DNA of 64,000 nucleotides from Bdellovibrionales bacterium (GTDB lineage Bacteria; Myxococcota; XYA12-FULL-58-9; SYDY01): NCBI GenBank assembly GCA_005801425.1, contig SYDY01000088.1, positions 21,290 to 85,289 of the forward strand, read 5' to 3'. Shown piece by piece: positions 62,308 to 64,000 of this stretch (position 1 is its first letter; each line of letters starts with the position of its first letter). The notes under the pieces were generated by a model. It saw only the letters and a program-made list of their open reading frames with translations, ran no database searches and was not told where the DNA came from. The position numbers and the translations under genes were made by a program.

Positions 62308-63403
62308 TATGCTGGTGTAACGCATTGATACGCTGTGTTCCCACAACCCAAAATGTCGCAGCCTGTTGCCATTCGCCCATATGGGCGCGGTTGTTAGTTT
62401 CAAGAAGATCGTAAAGTGCCGCCATCATTGCCAAACGTTGTGGAATATTCCAAACGGGATGCTGTTCTGTTTGAAATAGTGCTGCACTATATGCCCAATG
62501 GCACAGATCGTCATAGGCAGCAACGCGAGAAATATCAGAGGGGTTATTGCATAGGATATCGCCACTGACAGCTGTTACCGCGTACACTTTTCCTGTTCGG
62601 ATCTCAAAGGCACCATGCAAATACCACGCAAGCTTGCTGCAATCGAGGGTGGGTGATCGATCACCTGGTTTGATATTGATGCCATGGGGATCGATCAATG
62701 TGACAGGTTCTGCTGCATTGCTGAGGTCGATAAGCATGTTGGCTGGACTAAAATCACCGTGCCCTGCACCCACACGATGCGGCATCAGTGCAGAAATCAC
62801 GGATTGCGAAGTGCTCCAGTGACTGAGTATTTCGCGTGGATTTTGGCAGACAATACCATTGAGGATCACCCATTTAAAGGCAATCTGTTTGGGAAACCAC
62901 GCGAGATCAGAGGGGCACTTTGACGATAGTTTCTCCAGTGCATCTAGGCGCCGAAGCGTTTTCTCTACGAGGTTGCGCGTGACAAATTCGAGATCAGGTT
63001 TTGATGTGGCTTGTTGCCAAAAATCTCGTTTTAGGGTGTCAAGAATACTTGGAAGATACAGTGTCGTAAGGGGTTTATCGAGGCAAGCGCGAAGTGTTGG
63101 AATTTGATGGTAGGGCATGGAAAACCCCCAAAAGCCACCACACTCCCGGGTTTCATAGACTTTCGTAAACGGGGCTTTTTGTTTCTGCAAAAAAGCATAT
63201 TCGTTTTGAATCTTTTTCTTTCCGCAATCGAGCCCATCCACTTCGTGATCGCATACTTTCCACGCGAATCGATTTCCTTTTGATTCAATGATGAGCACCG
63301 ATGCGGGCGTGGCGCTTTTGAATATATCGATGATTTTCTCGTGGGCTTTGAGGAAAGGTGTGTAGTGAATGTTTACTGCTTCGGTGATCATACGCGAGGC
63401 CAT
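62288..63403 (-). CDS. phosphotransferase (APH/choline-kinase-like fold) family protein
   Basis: HGDFSPANMLID (Brenner-like catalytic loop) followed by LIDPHG. I prefer the Met at 63403. There is a 20-nt convergent overlap with the patatin gene. Confidence 0.5.
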   Translation of the reverse strand: MASRMITEAVNIHYTPFLKAHEKIIDIFKSATPASVLIIESKGNRFAWKVCDHEVDGLDCGKKKIQNEYAFLQKQKAPFTKVYETRECGGFWGFSMPYHQIPTLRACLDKPLTTLYLPSILDTLKRDFWQQATSKPDLEFVTRNLVEKTLRRLDALEKLSSKCPSDLAWFPKQIAFKWVILNGIVCQNPREILSHWSTSQSVISALMPHRVGAGHGDFSPANMLIDLSNAAEPVTLIDPHGINIKPGDRSPTLDCSKLAWYLHGAFEIRTGKVYAVTAVSGDILCNNPSDISRVAAYDDLCHWAYSAALFQTEQHPVWNIPQRLAMMAALYDLLETNNRAHMGEWQQAATFWVVGTQRINALHQHINPAKT

Positions 63404-63671
63404 CGGTTGTATGTAACGAAATTCGCCAAATTTAAAAAGAATAAATCGTGACGTGCAATAGACAGATTGTTGTTGACAGATAAAAAAAATTGTGGGCAGA
63501 ATTTTTCTGAATGCGCCAATTGTCCACATTGATGTGTCTTTGCCTAATCGGTAGGAATACCGAATTGGGTAAGGTGTGCGCCCAATATCGGAACCGATTA
63601 GGCTAACTTCTTTTTCTCCACTTAATCGAATTTGAAAATGATCTGCGGTGTTGTGCTGCGTGGAGATTGTG

Positions 63672-64000
63672 ATGTCTGGCGTTGTGCGTGGTTTTGAATA
63701 TCCATTCTATGAAAAACATTATTCTTCCGAACGAATTGAATCAACCAAAAACAAAGCATTGGATTTTTCCGATAGGTTCACTTTGCAAGGCGCAACATTC
63801 AGATCCTATGTTGCGGATTTGCGTGTTAATGCACGTGTGGGGCATGCCGAGGGAGGAGAATCCACGGGACTTCGTATGCCGGTGAGTGTACCCCAGGTAT
63901 GGTTGTCTGCTGAGCGTGAACAAATGTGGCTTCATACAGCCCGCGATGTTTATGATTTGCTTGATGTGACTGCAGATCTCTATCGCGCATCGCTTGATCG
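63672..64000 (+). CDS. hypothetical protein, 3' end outside window
   Basis: Frame is open from the stop at 63639-63641 to the window end (MSGVVRGFEYPFYEKHYSSERIES...WLHTARDVYDLLDVTADLYRASLD). It is absent from the ORF track because no stop lies in the window. Confidence 0.4.
   Translation, partial: MSGVVRGFEYPFYEKHYSSERIESTKNKALDFSDRFTLQGATFRSYVADLRVNARVGHAEGGESTGLRMPVSVPQVWLSAEREQMWLHTARDVYDLLDVTADLYRASLD

Noticed and set aside
63682-63935. Short ORFs 63682-63885 (+) and 63741-63935 (-)
   Set aside because: A different plus-strand frame stays open from 63642 to the window end with plausible protein-like sequence. I prefer that one.
1-64000. Prophage, IS element or integrative island boundaries
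   Set aside because: No integrase, transposase, RAYT, tRNA or phage structural gene is recognisable in any frame. Island status of the orphan ORFs rests only on composition and domain content.

Overview
Gene-dense 64 kb chromosomal segment, roughly half G+C by eye, coding on both strands, with many 4-nt ATGA/GTGA start-stop overlaps. The gene content looks Myxococcota/deltaproteobacteria-like (inference only): a sigma54 NtrC-type regulator, a Hanks kinase with a PEGA-like tail plus a PP2C phosphatase, an Oar-like CarboxypepD_reg TonB-dependent receptor next to TonB/ExbB/ExbD, and a LolA-like/MMPL trio. Housekeeping genes include mannose-1-P guanylyltransferase and phosphomannomutase, rpoZ, an acyl-CoA carboxyltransferase, an aldehyde dehydrogenase, ffh and trpC-trpF. 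Envelope and transport genes include two TonB-dependent receptors, a TolC/MFP/RND efflux operon, an MMPL exporter set, an Mla-type system with two permease paralogues, Wzm/Wzt plus a glycosyltransferase, an NSS transporter and a tandem-FKBP lipoprotein. Among these sit lineage-orphan ORFs with eukaryote-like features. The main candidate for something new is a protein with two SH2-like domains, convergent on a short, compositionally foreign Hanks-type kinase and next to a large membrane ORF with an F-box-like N-terminus. Others are a PNGase F homologue, an App1/LNS2-like phosphatase, a patatin and several large ORFs with no recognisable domain. Non-coding structure: (1) two families of GTAG-headed palindromic REP-like elements. 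One forms a 77-bp REPIN/BIME-like doublet present twice in inverted orientation around the efflux operon. Other copies are fused to stop codons or lie in frame inside ORFs. (2) A perfect 32-bp inverted repeat. (3) A 21-bp-stem inverted repeat followed by 20-bp-phased GATGCA repeats downstream of ffh. (4) An anti-SD/SD hairpin with a 17-codon uORF coupled to the LolA-like/MMPL operon. I recognised no rRNA, tRNA, CRISPR array, transposase or integrase. All functional calls come from by-eye motif recognition and need HMM or structure confirmation.
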